From a virus (lineage: Duplodnaviria > Caudoviricetes), in IMG/VR virus record IMGVR_UViG_3300043567_000723: a stretch of DNA of 64,000 nt. The stretch is one strand, 5' to 3'. Positions 10,209-24,841 of this stretch are shown here, piece by piece. The stretch's first letter is position 1. Each line of letters starts with the position of its first letter. The notes under the pieces are model-generated. The model ran no database searches and was not told the origin of the DNA. It was given only the letters and a program-made list of their open reading frames with translations. The position numbers were made by a program, and so were the translations under genes.

Positions 10209-11945
10209 ATGTCTATTCGAAATCAAAACTGGTACAACCTGCAGTCCACGCGGCGCTATCCGCTTGACGACATCAGTACCGGTGTAGACGACGCGGGCGC
10301 GTTTATACGCGATGACATTATTGTTGATTGCCATATCCGTTTTCCGAATACGCTCGGTCAGTATTTATACGTACAGGGCGTAACTGTGTCAGCCGGCATC
10401 GTTACCGTTTTATTTGGTGTTGCCGGCTCTATAAACGCAACGACCGGCACAACGATTGCCGCTGTATCTGTAGCTAAACCTGTTGCGCCGTATGTGCACT
10501 ACAACATCTCTGGTCTTGTAACCGGCGTTTCGGGTTGGGTTGTTTTCGGCCCCGGAGTAACAGAAAACTTCGTAGGCCGATACACAACGCCAAAACAAAC
10601 CCTGCTACAACCGCGGTCCGCTCGCGCGTACAGGCCGCTACCAGTACCAACACTGGGTAAATTGAATTTAGGAACCGCGCTACAGGGTGTTGTGACAATA
10701 CTGGGCAGCACACCTATAAGTGCAAAATACGAAGTAATTACATACGGCGGTCGGACATATCCAGCAATTGTTTTTCGGCTGGACACAACTGATCTGTCGT
10801 TAGATTACAACCCGCTGTCGCAGTTTTTGGGCCCATGCAGCCCGCGACCAGAAAGCGGTACTTGTCCTAGAACGCCAATTGAGACGATTAACGGCATCGC
10901 GCCAGATTGCGATGGCAACATCAATATCTCGTTCGACGGGTTTGATTCCTACTTGTTCTCAAACTGCGGCGGCATGGACATTTTAACGCCGGTAAGTCTG
11001 GCAACTGTTTGCGATTCAAACAAACCAAAAAAACCAACTGAGTTTAGCGACGCCTGCTGCAACATCACAGGAGAATTAATATCGTCGTTTCCGTCTTTTA
11101 CAGACTTCCCGCTTGTGGGCGAAACTGGGCGACTGTATAGCGCGGCAGATACCAACAAAATTTATCGCTGGGAAACTGACAAATATGCGGTAACAGATAT
11201 CGTGGCCGACGAATACTGCTGGGGAGATCCGACGCTAGCCATTGACGAGTTTGTAGATGAGACACTCGATGAGCTTAATTATCCGTGTATAACAGTTCCG
11301 CTTTGCGTAGATTTTATTTCGTGCGACCCCGGTTTTTATTTTACGACGCTTACGGGCGCGTTTGTGCAAGGTAATACGCTAGCGCCTGAGTCGTGCGGTA
11401 ATTGCGCTAATACGACGTTTGTGCAGCTCGGCCCGTCTACCGCGCTAACGAATCACGGAACATATTTAACGTCTGGCATTGGTAGCGTTAACATTGCGCT
11501 CTTAAAAAATTGCGCAACTGACTGGGCTCTCGGGCATGCAGTGACTACCGAACTTAAAATAACACCCAACGGTTTAGCCAGAAACGGCGGGCTTGTTTTA
11601 AACTACGTCCAAACAAAAGAGCTAAATCAGGTTATTACGCGATATATCGCCGTAGTGATTGACGCAACACGGTCACGGATCCGTGTGCTGCGCTACACAA
11701 ATACTAACTTTGTCGAAGAGACGTCTGTTTATTACCCGGCAAAAGTCAACGCGTGGTATCGTTTATCTGCGTCGTTAAACTTGAGCGGTAATGCACTTAA
11801 CGTCAGTTTTTCTGTCGCAGAACTTGACAACACAAATCAGGCGTCTGGTTTTACGGCGCTGTCAAATCCCGGCGCGGTGACAGGCGCTGTTGGGCTTTTT
11901 ACAAATCAGGCTGCGACACACTTTAACAAGCTTACGGTGCAATAA
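10209..11945 (+). CDS. Cys-rich paralogue 3 with C-terminal ConA/lectin-like beta-sandwich
   Basis: STRRYPL; IETINGIAPDCDGNI; C-terminal WYRLSASL..GAVGLFT lectin-like pattern. Confidence 0.65.
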   Translation: MSIRNQNWYNLQSTRRYPLDDISTGVDDAGAFIRDDIIVDCHIRFPNTLGQYLYVQGVTVSAGIVTVLFGVAGSINATTGTTIAAVSVAKPVAPYVHYNISGLVTGVSGWVVFGPGVTENFVGRYTTPKQTLLQPRSARAYRPLPVPTLGKLNLGTALQGVVTILGSTPISAKYEVITYGGRTYPAIVFRLDTTDLSLDYNPLSQFLGPCSPRPESGTCPRTPIETINGIAPDCDGNINISFDGFDSYLFSNCGGMDILTPVSLATVCDSNKPKKPTEFSDACCNITGELISSFPSFTDFPLVGETGRLYSAADTNKIYRWETDKYAVTDIVADEYCWGDPTLAIDEFVDETLDELNYPCITVPLCVDFISCDPGFYFTTLTGAFVQGNTLAPESCGNCANTTFVQLGPSTALTNHGTYLTSGIGSVNIALLKNCATDWALGHAVTTELKITPNGLARNGGLVLNYVQTKELNQVITRYIAVVIDATRSRIRVLRYTNTNFVEETSVYYPAKVNAWYRLSASLNLSGNALNVSFSVAELDNTNQASGFTALSNPGAVTGAVGLFTNQAATHFNKLTVQ

Positions 11946-12720
11946 TGTCCGGCGCACGTATTTTATACCCAGAGTTTCGCGACGAGCAGTCTGACTCGCG
12001 GTACCCGTTCGCGGACTCGGCCACGCTTGTGAGCACGACAAACGCAGCAGCTGTGATCGCCGCAGACACGTTTATCGACGCCTCGTTTTTTCCGATTGGC
12101 GGTTCCCGGCTTTTGTATATCTCGTCTATTACCGTGGCGACACAAAAAATAACGATTACGATTGGCGACAGCGGCATGAGTCAACGTATTTACACAGAAT
12201 ACGACCCACTCGGCCCGCCAGATAACGGGTTGCTCACGTTTAATGACATGTATGGGCGCCCTGCCGGCACGCTGCTGTCGAGCCCGCTGAACCTTGCCCG
12301 CTTCGCTGTCTGGCCGCCGGGTACGTACGATTTCACCGCCGCGGCCACGTCCTTTGTCGCGAGCGTCGTTATACCGGCTAATGAGCCCGGCGTTCGCGCT
12401 GTGCAACCAGAAACAGCTGAGTTTATGACCGGCGACATCTGGCTTGTCGGCGATCAAGGTGTTGTTTTACGTCGCGAAAACATAAACACGATTCGAATTG
12501 ATATTATTGGCGTCCCGTTGTTCAAGCGCTTCTTGTGCGAGCCGCAAGCTTCTAACTTTCCGGCAAAAAGATATCTAAAAACGATTAACGGCTGCGGACC
12601 AGACGAATTTGGAAATTTTACGTTTACCGCGACTAACGAATTAGCGGAAGACTCTGTGTTGCGGATTTACCCCGATAACGGGACAATTGTTGTCGATACC
12701 GTCGGTAGGAGTACTGTGTA

Positions 12721-12721
<1 letters not shown>
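11945..12721 (+). CDS. Baseplate/fibre-associated paralogue 4
   Basis: SDSRYPF; LKTINGCGPDEFGNF. Confidence 0.7.
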
Positions 12722-17956
<5,235 letters not shown>

Positions 17957-17958
17957 AC

Positions 17959-18876
17959 ATGGATAACGAGCAATTAAATAGCGAGCCGGTCGTAATGGTG
18001 CCGTATGACGGCATGATAATGGCCGAAACAGCCGGCGGCTGCGGTATTTGCCCAGAAGGCCCTCCCGGTCCCGTTGGCCCTGCTGGCCCTGTTGGGCCGT
18101 CCGGACCCGCAGGCCCAAAAGGCGGTACCGGCACAAAAGGTAACACGGGCTCTAAGGGCGATAAAGGTGCCACCGGGCCAACAGGGCCAACCGGTAACAC
18201 TGGCGCTACTGGCTCACCCGGACGCACAGGCCCGACGGGACCAACGGGTCCAGCTGGCGCGGCAGGCGCAGTTGGCGCTACCGGCGCTAACGGACAAAAA
18301 GGTCAAACAGGTGTAACCGGACCAAAAGGCGATAAAGGCCAAACTGGCCCCACCGGTCCCGGTGGTTCACGCGGGCCTACCGGTCCAACAGGGCCAAAAG
18401 GCGATAGAGGTCCGTCTGGGCCCACAGGACCAAACGGCCGCACAGGCCCGACTGGTCCTACAGGCCCGTCAGGCGGAAAAGGCGACAAGGGGGCAACTGG
18501 TGTAACGGGTGTGACTGGCGCGACCGGCCCGTCAGGCGCGCAGGGTATACAAGGTGTACAGGGTATATCGGGTGTACAGGGACCAAGCGGCCCAACCGGC
18601 AAGACCGGCGGGAAAGGCGATAAAGGAGTTACAGGCGCATCAGGCCCTAGCGGCCCGAGCGGCGCTAGAGGCCCTACCGGGCCAGCAGGGCCTTCTGGGC
18701 CTTCTGGGCTCTCTATAACTGGTCCTACGGGCCCTTGCGGCAATACCGGCCAAACAGGGCCTACGGGGCCTACAGGGCCGGCTGGCGATTTAACGCTAGC
18801 GGGACTTATTGCGGCTATCAATACAAACGCAACAGTGCGCGCGGCTATTCGTGCCGCTGTTATTGCGTCTGTATGA
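17959..18876 (+). CDS. Second collagen-like fibre protein
   Basis: About 240 aa Gly-X-Y with one break (GLS-IT-G); C-terminal [11 protein letters not shown] shared with previous gene. Confidence 0.85.
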   Translation: MDNEQLNSEPVVMVPYDGMIMAETAGGCGICPEGPPGPVGPAGPVGPSGPAGPKGGTGTKGNTGSKGDKGATGPTGPTGNTGATGSPGRTGPTGPTGPAGAAGAVGATGANGQKGQTGVTGPKGDKGQTGPTGPGGSRGPTGPTGPKGDRGPSGPTGPNGRTGPTGPTGPSGGKGDKGATGVTGVTGATGPSGAQGIQGVQGISGVQGPSGPTGKTGGKGDKGVTGASGPSGPSGARGPTGPAGPSGPSGLSITGPTGPCGNTGQTGPTGPTGPAGDLTLAGLIAAINTNATVRAAIRAAVIASV

Positions 18877-18924
18877 TTTTTTGCGACGCTGTTAGAATGC
18901 GAAAATACTAACCGCGAGGACACC

Positions 18925-19293
18925 ATGTCTCAACGTATCACGCGCATGATATCGTTAAACCGCGATAACATCATGCAGATTACGCAGCGCCCAGACTTCT
19001 TTGAAAAAATGCCGGCGCTGGCCAATTTAATACCGCTATTTGACGAATGCCGCGCGGCCTTTGACGAATCAGCAAAAAAGAGTGGCTGCCGGTGCCGTGC
19101 GGATACGACTGTGTTATTTAATTGCGTTTCGCCGTTTTTGGTCGCGCTGGAGAAATGCAAAGAAACAGACCCAGAAACAGTCCAACAATTCGTGCGCTAT
19201 ATCGCAAAAGATGAGAATGTCGAATCAACTGGCGTTACAATATACTATTCGGCGCCAAACGAGACCACACCGCAGCGATATATGTTTCCATGA
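18925..19293 (+). CDS. Hypothetical protein (possible fibre chaperone)
   Basis: SD GAGG; GCRC motif; resembles 20682-20984. Confidence 0.7.
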   Translation: MSQRITRMISLNRDNIMQITQRPDFFEKMPALANLIPLFDECRAAFDESAKKSGCRCRADTTVLFNCVSPFLVALEKCKETDPETVQQFVRYIAKDENVESTGVTIYYSAPNETTPQRYMFP

Positions 19294-19565
19294 GCTATGT
19301 CAGCCCGACAAATTCAAAGATCCTATACGCGACGCAACCGCATGTGGCCGCGGACGGAACTACAGCAGCTGTCATAAAAGTAAGGCTGCGGGATCACGAA
19401 AATAACCCAGTAGCAAACCGACAGGCGCAGCTGTATAGCGCAAATACAAATATCACAATCACGCAACCGGGTTTGACCGACGTTAACGGTTTGGCGCTGG
19501 CCTATGTACGGTCTAGCACACCCGGACAAGTGACCATTTCAGCCCGCGTATTACCAGAGGCTTAA
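19290..19565 (+). CDS. Ig-like Big_1 (invasin/intimin-type) domain protein
   Basis: ADGTTAAVIKVRLRD..NPV..TDVNGLA..VRSSTPGQVTISA. Confidence 0.85.
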   Translation: MSYVSPTNSKILYATQPHVAADGTTAAVIKVRLRDHENNPVANRQAQLYSANTNITITQPGLTDVNGLALAYVRSSTPGQVTISARVLPEA

Positions 19566-19567
19566 TT

Positions 19568-20674
19568 ATGCCATCGAATTGCGACCCGACACCGATCGAA
19601 GGCATCATCGAGCTGCCTGATACGTTGGGTTTGAATTTTTACGACCCGGTTATTGCCGCACCGCCGCCCCAGCCAAATAACGGGCGACGTGTGCGGTTAA
19701 CGTGGCAAGTAAGCCGCTACAATTTTGAGACCACTGACGGCATTCGTGTGCGCATTACCGCCAGTGACCCGATGTTAATGCCAGAAAAGATCTTTGCTTA
19801 TTTGTTATTGCCCTTAAAGCCGGGAACCACAGAGCGGGTCGGCGCATTTGACCACGTCTGCTCGCCGACGGATTTAGAAGAGTATCCCGAAGACGATCCG
19901 CTACCGAATGCACGCCCAGAGTGGTTTCGACTGAACTATGTCGATGTTATTTTGCGATCGCGTGCCGAAGTAGAGACGTTTATCGGCGAAGTGCTCGAAG
20001 ACGTACAACGCCTCAAAGACACGCTGGATATCGCCGACGATTTATTACCCGGCGGCCAGTCGTGGGTTGGCGTGCCACCTGTAGCACCAGCAGCGCCCAC
20101 AAATCTAACGCGCAGCGCAGGAAACGGGCAGGTTACGCTGACGTGGACGGCGCCAACAAATACCGGCAACGCGCTGCTCACAAATTACACGATCCAGTTC
20201 AGCACAAACGGCGGAACTACGTGGACAACAATAAATCGGCCGGGAGTGTCTACGTCGACAACTGCGATTATCACCGGACTAGTAAACGGCACCGCGTATG
20301 TGTTTCGAGTTGCTGCGGTTAATGTTATTGGCGCCGGTGCCTATACCGCGGCGACAACCGCTGTCACACCTGTAACTACACCCGCCGCGCCGACTAACGT
20401 AACTGGAACAGCCGGTAACGCAAGTGTAGCGCTCACGTGGACAGCGCCAACTATTAATGGCGGCGCAGCTATTACAGACTACACGATTCAGTACAGCTCC
20501 ACGGCTGGCGCATCGTGGACTACCTTCTCAGACGGTACTTCCGCGGCCACGTCTGCAACAGTGACAGGATTAAACAACGGGACCAGTTATATTTTCCGTG
20601 TCGCGGCTACAAACAGCGCGGGCACGGGAGTATACTCAAGTTCTTCTAGCGCACGGACACCAGCAGCGACGTAG
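19568..20674 (+). CDS. Virion protein with two C-terminal fibronectin type III domains
   Basis: Two copies of PAAPTN..AGN..V.LTWTAP....Y.IQ.S....Y.FRVAA.N..G.G.Y. Confidence 0.9.
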   Translation: MPSNCDPTPIEGIIELPDTLGLNFYDPVIAAPPPQPNNGRRVRLTWQVSRYNFETTDGIRVRITASDPMLMPEKIFAYLLLPLKPGTTERVGAFDHVCSPTDLEEYPEDDPLPNARPEWFRLNYVDVILRSRAEVETFIGEVLEDVQRLKDTLDIADDLLPGGQSWVGVPPVAPAAPTNLTRSAGNGQVTLTWTAPTNTGNALLTNYTIQFSTNGGTTWTTINRPGVSTSTTAIITGLVNGTAYVFRVAAVNVIGAGAYTAATTAVTPVTTPAAPTNVTGTAGNASVALTWTAPTINGGAAITDYTIQYSSTAGASWTTFSDGTSAATSATVTGLNNGTSYIFRVAATNSAGTGVYSSSSSARTPAAT

Positions 20675-20681
20675 GTGTAAT

Positions 20682-20984
20682 ATGACAGAACTTACGGTAC
20701 TCGAAGACAGCACCATTATTTCGATGCTCAACGACGCTCGGTTTTCTGAAACTATTCCGTGTTTTTTCAACAAACGGGATCTTTTCAAAACAGGCAATAG
20801 CGGCTGCGGTTCTTGCGCCCGTAAGAAGCTTGAACGCCAGCGCGGAGCTATGGCGCAAATTAAGTCGTGTCTGGCGGGTATGAGTGTTGAGAAAAAGGCA
20901 GAGTTTAAACAACTGCTCAATACGGCAAAAGTGCGCATCGTATACGGGAACGCCACCGGATCTGTTGTGCAGCTGACATTCTAA
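20682..20984 (+). CDS. Hypothetical protein
   Basis: AGGTG SD before ATG 20682; GCGSC motif. Confidence 0.7.
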   Translation: MTELTVLEDSTIISMLNDARFSETIPCFFNKRDLFKTGNSGCGSCARKKLERQRGAMAQIKSCLAGMSVEKKAEFKQLLNTAKVRIVYGNATGSVVQLTF

Positions 20985-21166
20985 GCTGCGGCGTTAGCCC
21001 ATTCTAGAATATGGAAAACGCGCTGTAAGTCCTTACAGGGCCGGCATGTTCGCAATTCGCGAACACAGGACAGGCGCTAAATTTTGCGCAAAAGCGCGGC
21101 ATATTTAATGTCGCTACTGTGTTGTATCGGTAGCTCTCTTCAAACGCGTTACAAGGGAGTTAACGC

Positions 21167-21544
21167 ATGTCTTTTAGTGCCGCAGCTGAGGGTATCAAAC
21201 TGGCCGTCACTCGACGGTGTTCTAAACAGGCCCCTCAGTTTCAGATCGTGCCTGACAAAGCACAAATGCTTTTCGACAATACAGCAGAAAAGCATTCGAA
21301 GGATCTGAGCAAGATTAATGGCTTTTGGGAAAAAGCCGCTTATCTGAAAGAACGTGTTCTCGCTCGTACGACCAAGAGCTTGCGAGGAAACATGGCCCGC
21401 CTGTACCACGAGTGGACAGCGGCAATGTTGCGTGGCGAACTAGCATCAATGGATGATGACACCGTAATGCGGCAAGTCGATCCAAATATTGAAAAGATCG
21501 CGCAAGGCCATGCATGGCTTGCGTGCACGGCCAGCCTTAATTAG
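21167..21544 (+). CDS. Hypothetical protein
   Basis: SD AAGGGAG. Confidence 0.7.
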   Translation: MSFSAAAEGIKLAVTRRCSKQAPQFQIVPDKAQMLFDNTAEKHSKDLSKINGFWEKAAYLKERVLARTTKSLRGNMARLYHEWTAAMLRGELASMDDDTVMRQVDPNIEKIAQGHAWLACTASLN

Positions 21545-21560
21545 GCTGCGCCTTGTTGTC

Positions 21561-21630
21561 TGGCTGTGTAGCTGGGACGCATTCTGGTTTCTGTTTGACA
21601 GGACCGAATGTGATCCCGGCTACACAGCCA
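21561..21630. other. 70-nt rod-like intergenic hairpin
   Basis: TGGCTGTGTAGCTGGGA pairs with TCCCGGCTACACAGCCA (one G-U); inner GCATTC/GAATGT, GGT/ACC, TCTG/CAGG. Confidence 0.75.
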
Positions 21631-21669
21631 AACTTTAACCTGCCCCAATTTTCCTTAGCTATTGTACAA

Positions 21670-22143
21670 ATGGCACGAAAAAGCAAAACAAAATTAGATA
21701 AGCAACCGGCAGGTCCAAAACCTAAATTTGTGATGGCCGATCCAAATGACGACGCCGCTGCCTTTGGGTGGACGCTCGGAAAGTTGCGCTATTTGTCTGA
21801 GAACGAGGTTAACGGTGAGCACTGGCCCGGCCGCGGAGTATTTGATGTCCCGTACAGTTTTGAGACGCGGCAGGTGTACGGGCACATCATAGAGTTCATT
21901 AATCCGGCGTTTCTTCAAATCCAGTTAGACAGCAGCGAAGAAGTGCGTGCCGGGGCAGAGTCAGCTAGAAAAGCAGGCTACACGCCCGAAGCGATAGATA
22001 AACTGCGTAAAACAATCATTCGCGTGTTTAACGACAAAATAATTCCAGACGTCGCCGCGCGCTTCAAACAGGTAGCTGGAATAACCGCAGAATTCTATTG
22101 CGCCCGATTAGCGCATATAGATATGTTCGGCGTGGAGGATTGA
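21670..22143 (+). CDS. Hypothetical protein
   Basis: Likely start MARKSK downstream of the hairpin. Confidence 0.7.
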   Translation: MARKSKTKLDKQPAGPKPKFVMADPNDDAAAFGWTLGKLRYLSENEVNGEHWPGRGVFDVPYSFETRQVYGHIIEFINPAFLQIQLDSSEEVRAGAESARKAGYTPEAIDKLRKTIIRVFNDKIIPDVAARFKQVAGITAEFYCARLAHIDMFGVED

Positions 22144-22863
22144 GTGGCCGAAACAATTTCTGCGTACATGCAGTGCTACAACCACCCGCGAGCTGTCTAC
22201 GAAACGCTAAAAGCTTTTCGCGGGCATTATCCAGAGGTTGGTGTGTCGTTGGTGTCTGATGCCGGGTATGACTTTAAACCATTCGCAAAGTGCTTTGACC
22301 TACGCTACACACACGCCAACGAGCAGGTGCAACCCAAAGGTTACTTCTCAGGCCGTGAGTCTGCCGAGACATACCTAAAACGCGTATACGACCACTGTAT
22401 AAGCGAAACTAGCGACTGGGTTGTTTTGCTCGAAGAAGACGTAATAACAAAACGTCGAGCCTTACATTTCCCAGAGTCAGCCTGCGCTGGCGCTAGGTCC
22501 AACCCGTTCTCAGAGAAGCTGACCGCGTATTTCAACATACTGAGGCGCAGCGAGAACCGGCAATTCTATTACGGGCTATGCGGCGGTAGCTGTTTTAGTC
22601 GCGCCATATTTTTAGAATGCTACTCGCGTAACAGAGACTTGCGCCTGCTGCATCTTTTGGATGACAAGATCTATTACGCACCCGACGCAACGCTGACAAG
22701 TCTCTTTACGCTAAACGGCTACAACTACAGTGAGTGGGCCGAGGTCTCAGAACTAAGCTGGGCTAGACCCGAATGGTGTGTAATGCGTGACGGCGCGTTT
22801 GATCACGCCAATAAACAATATTACACAGCAGATTTCGATCCTTCGTTACTCCAAAAAAATTGA
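22144..22863 (+). CDS. GT-A fold glycosyltransferase-like protein
   Basis: N-terminal strand-helix, LVSD, DWVVLLEEDV (DxD-like) motif. Confidence 0.65.
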   Translation: MAETISAYMQCYNHPRAVYETLKAFRGHYPEVGVSLVSDAGYDFKPFAKCFDLRYTHANEQVQPKGYFSGRESAETYLKRVYDHCISETSDWVVLLEEDVITKRRALHFPESACAGARSNPFSEKLTAYFNILRRSENRQFYYGLCGGSCFSRAIFLECYSRNRDLRLLHLLDDKIYYAPDATLTSLFTLNGYNYSEWAEVSELSWARPEWCVMRDGAFDHANKQYYTADFDPSLLQKN

Positions 22864-22872
22864 GGTTACAGA

Positions 22873-23211
22873 ATGGCAAAAATATCAAAAACGCAAAAAA
22901 AGAGGCGCGCTTCGCGCGCCTCCGGTGGAGCAAAAAAGAAAGTACTGTCGCGGCAACAGCGCGAACAGGCGCACGCTATGTCAGGCTATCTAGTTGTCTG
23001 GCGACATGGAATGGATGACGTACCCGTCGGGCTGTACGACTCTTTTCTTGCTGCTATGTCCGTCGCAAAGAACATGAGCCACCGCGCGGGGTACGCCGCC
23101 GCTAAGAAACTCGATATCGACTGCAGCACTCCCGTGTGCTTTGCCGTTGTCGGATTTGACAAAGGCAAACCAGTGGAGATGTTCATCGCAGACCGAAATG
23201 ACGACGCCTGA
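22873..23211 (+). CDS. Hypothetical protein with basic N-terminus
   Basis: SD GAGG. Confidence 0.7.
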   Translation: MAKISKTQKKRRASRASGGAKKKVLSRQQREQAHAMSGYLVVWRHGMDDVPVGLYDSFLAAMSVAKNMSHRAGYAAAKKLDIDCSTPVCFAVVGFDKGKPVEMFIADRNDDA

Positions 23212-23490
23212 TCAGAGCGAGGCTAAGATAACAAAATCGCGGCGGTAGCCCGCGACCGGCCCGCGCTTGCCCATCATAAGCTCGTCGTCGGTCTTGCCGT
23301 TTTCGTCAACGGGATAAGGACCGCCGGCGTTAGATACGCCCGGGCGGTTCAAACCAGCCTCTGCAGCTTTTTGCAGTACCATGTTGGCGGTAGACGCCGA
23401 CAGCAGTTCCTCGATACCATTGCCGCTGACAACAAACTCAGCGCGACCCTGCGTGATGTTAGAAAGGTTATCGACGATGGAGACGGCCAT
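23212..23490 (-). CDS. Hypothetical protein (92 aa)
   Basis: GGAGG SD before ATG at 23490 (MAVSIVDN...); longer ORF-track start overlaps the opposite gene. Confidence 0.7.
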   Translation of the reverse strand: MAVSIVDNLSNITQGRAEFVVSGNGIEELLSASTANMVLQKAAEAGLNRPGVSNAGGPYPVDENGKTDDELMMGKRGPVAGYRRDFVILASL

Positions 23491-23527
23491 AGATACCTCC
23501 GAAGAAAAAAAAGACTTGACGTTGGAT

Positions 23528-24028
23528 ATGGTAATGCAGGTCGTGAAGCTTAGCAAGTTGCAAATACGCAATTTGTTTACAGCTGTGTTGAAAAAATCAG
23601 TACCGCCCGGTGACGGTATTTTTAGCCGCGATGACCTATTTTGCGTACTTGTGGCAGATATGCTGGAACGGCTCGCGTTTCTAAAGGCCGAACAGCGCCT
23701 GCTAATTGTCGAAGGTGTCTGGACGGTCAAAAGCCAGCCTTTGCCGCCAGACGCACCCTGCTGCCTGAACCAACTGGTTTTTGCGGACGGGCGCTACTGC
23801 ACGTGGACCGGGCATACCGGCTTCGTCGACCTTGAAACCGGCGACGAATTTCTGGGCATACTCCCCAGCCCGCCCCTAGAGTCGATAGCGTATAATCTAG
23901 ACGAGCTGTACCGCCGGGGCGTACTGCAGATCGAGAATAAGGCAGGGTTTCATGCCAAAAAATTTGATGCAAGAAGCTTGGACGAGTCAGGAGACGTTTG
24001 CGAGCGTCCTGCTGACGCTGTTCCTTGA
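23528..24028 (+). CDS. Hypothetical protein (start uncertain)
   Basis: Globular-looking sequence divergent from 23490. Confidence 0.6.
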   Translation: MVMQVVKLSKLQIRNLFTAVLKKSVPPGDGIFSRDDLFCVLVADMLERLAFLKAEQRLLIVEGVWTVKSQPLPPDAPCCLNQLVFADGRYCTWTGHTGFVDLETGDEFLGILPSPPLESIAYNLDELYRRGVLQIENKAGFHAKKFDARSLDESGDVCERPADAVP

Positions 24029-24626
24029 CCGGTTCGGTGTCGAGGCGCTTGACTGGGATCCGGCGACTATAACCCTTGAAATCGAAGAAGAATTTGACGT
24101 CGACCTGCCGCAGTTGTCGCTCGACAAGCTTGTGGTAGCGATTCAGATTTTAACGACCGATCGTTTCTTCAAGTCGATGCCTGACTTCATCGATTTCTGC
24201 AACGTTCTCGGTGGCGCCACATACCGCCCAGATATGTGGGACCCCGCTGACGCAGAAGAAGTCGCGTGGGGTATGACTGAGTCGTTGCTGCTATCGCCGC
24301 CCGATGACGACGACAACGAACCGTTTAGCGACGAGATTCGCGCGTATATCGGCTCCGTGCTGGATAGCGAGGGTATCATAAACCCGCCAGATATACTGCG
24401 CATAGCATTGCGCGTAGCTCGCGTGTCGCCAAACATGGCCGACTTTTCTGATGACCCGCAAATGTTTAGCGCAATCTATGACGTAGAAGCTGGCAAGACA
24501 GAAGACATTAACGCCGCCATACGTTTAAAAACAGAATTACTTGTTGCGCAACTTTCCGCGCTGAATCTGCAAAACGGAAATACGCAGCAGGTAGTCGCCA
24601 TGTTACGAAACGCGGGGGCAAAATAA
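23952..24626 (+). CDS. Hypothetical protein
   Basis: 224-aa acidic helical ORF, GCAGGG SD-like. Confidence 0.75.
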   Translation: MPKNLMQEAWTSQETFASVLLTLFLDRFGVEALDWDPATITLEIEEEFDVDLPQLSLDKLVVAIQILTTDRFFKSMPDFIDFCNVLGGATYRPDMWDPADAEEVAWGMTESLLLSPPDDDDNEPFSDEIRAYIGSVLDSEGIINPPDILRIALRVARVSPNMADFSDDPQMFSAIYDVEAGKTEDINAAIRLKTELLVAQLSALNLQNGNTQQVVAMLRNAGAK

Positions 24627-24637
24627 GGGGACTTACC

Positions 24638-24841
24638 GTGCTTGTTGTCTCGCGAAAAAGAGAGCAAGAAGTAGTTATCTGTATTGGTAACGGTGTTGTT
24701 GTGAAAGTTTTAGAGATCAACGGGGATCGCGTCAAGATTGGCGTAACCGCGCCGCCCACCATATCGGTGTTGCGCGGCGAGTTGCTTGACCCCAAGAAAA
24801 AGAAGAGAAAGAAAAATGGGCTGGAACGACCGGCTACCTGA
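24638..24841 (+). CDS. csrA: Carbon storage regulator CsrA/RsmA homologue
   Basis: MLVVSRK..QEVVI..GVVVKVLEINGDRVKIGVTAP..ISVLRGEL. Confidence 0.92.
   Translation: MLVVSRKREQEVVICIGNGVVVKVLEINGDRVKIGVTAPPTISVLRGELLDPKKKKRKKNGLERPAT

Noticed and set aside
23491-23730. N-terminal extension of the minus-strand ORF to 23730
   Set aside because: Overlaps the + strand gene; strong GGAGG SD supports the 23490 start.
24790-24815. SV40-like nuclear localisation signal (PKKKKRKK) on CsrA
   Set aside because: Bacterial host context; more simply a basic RNA-binding tail.
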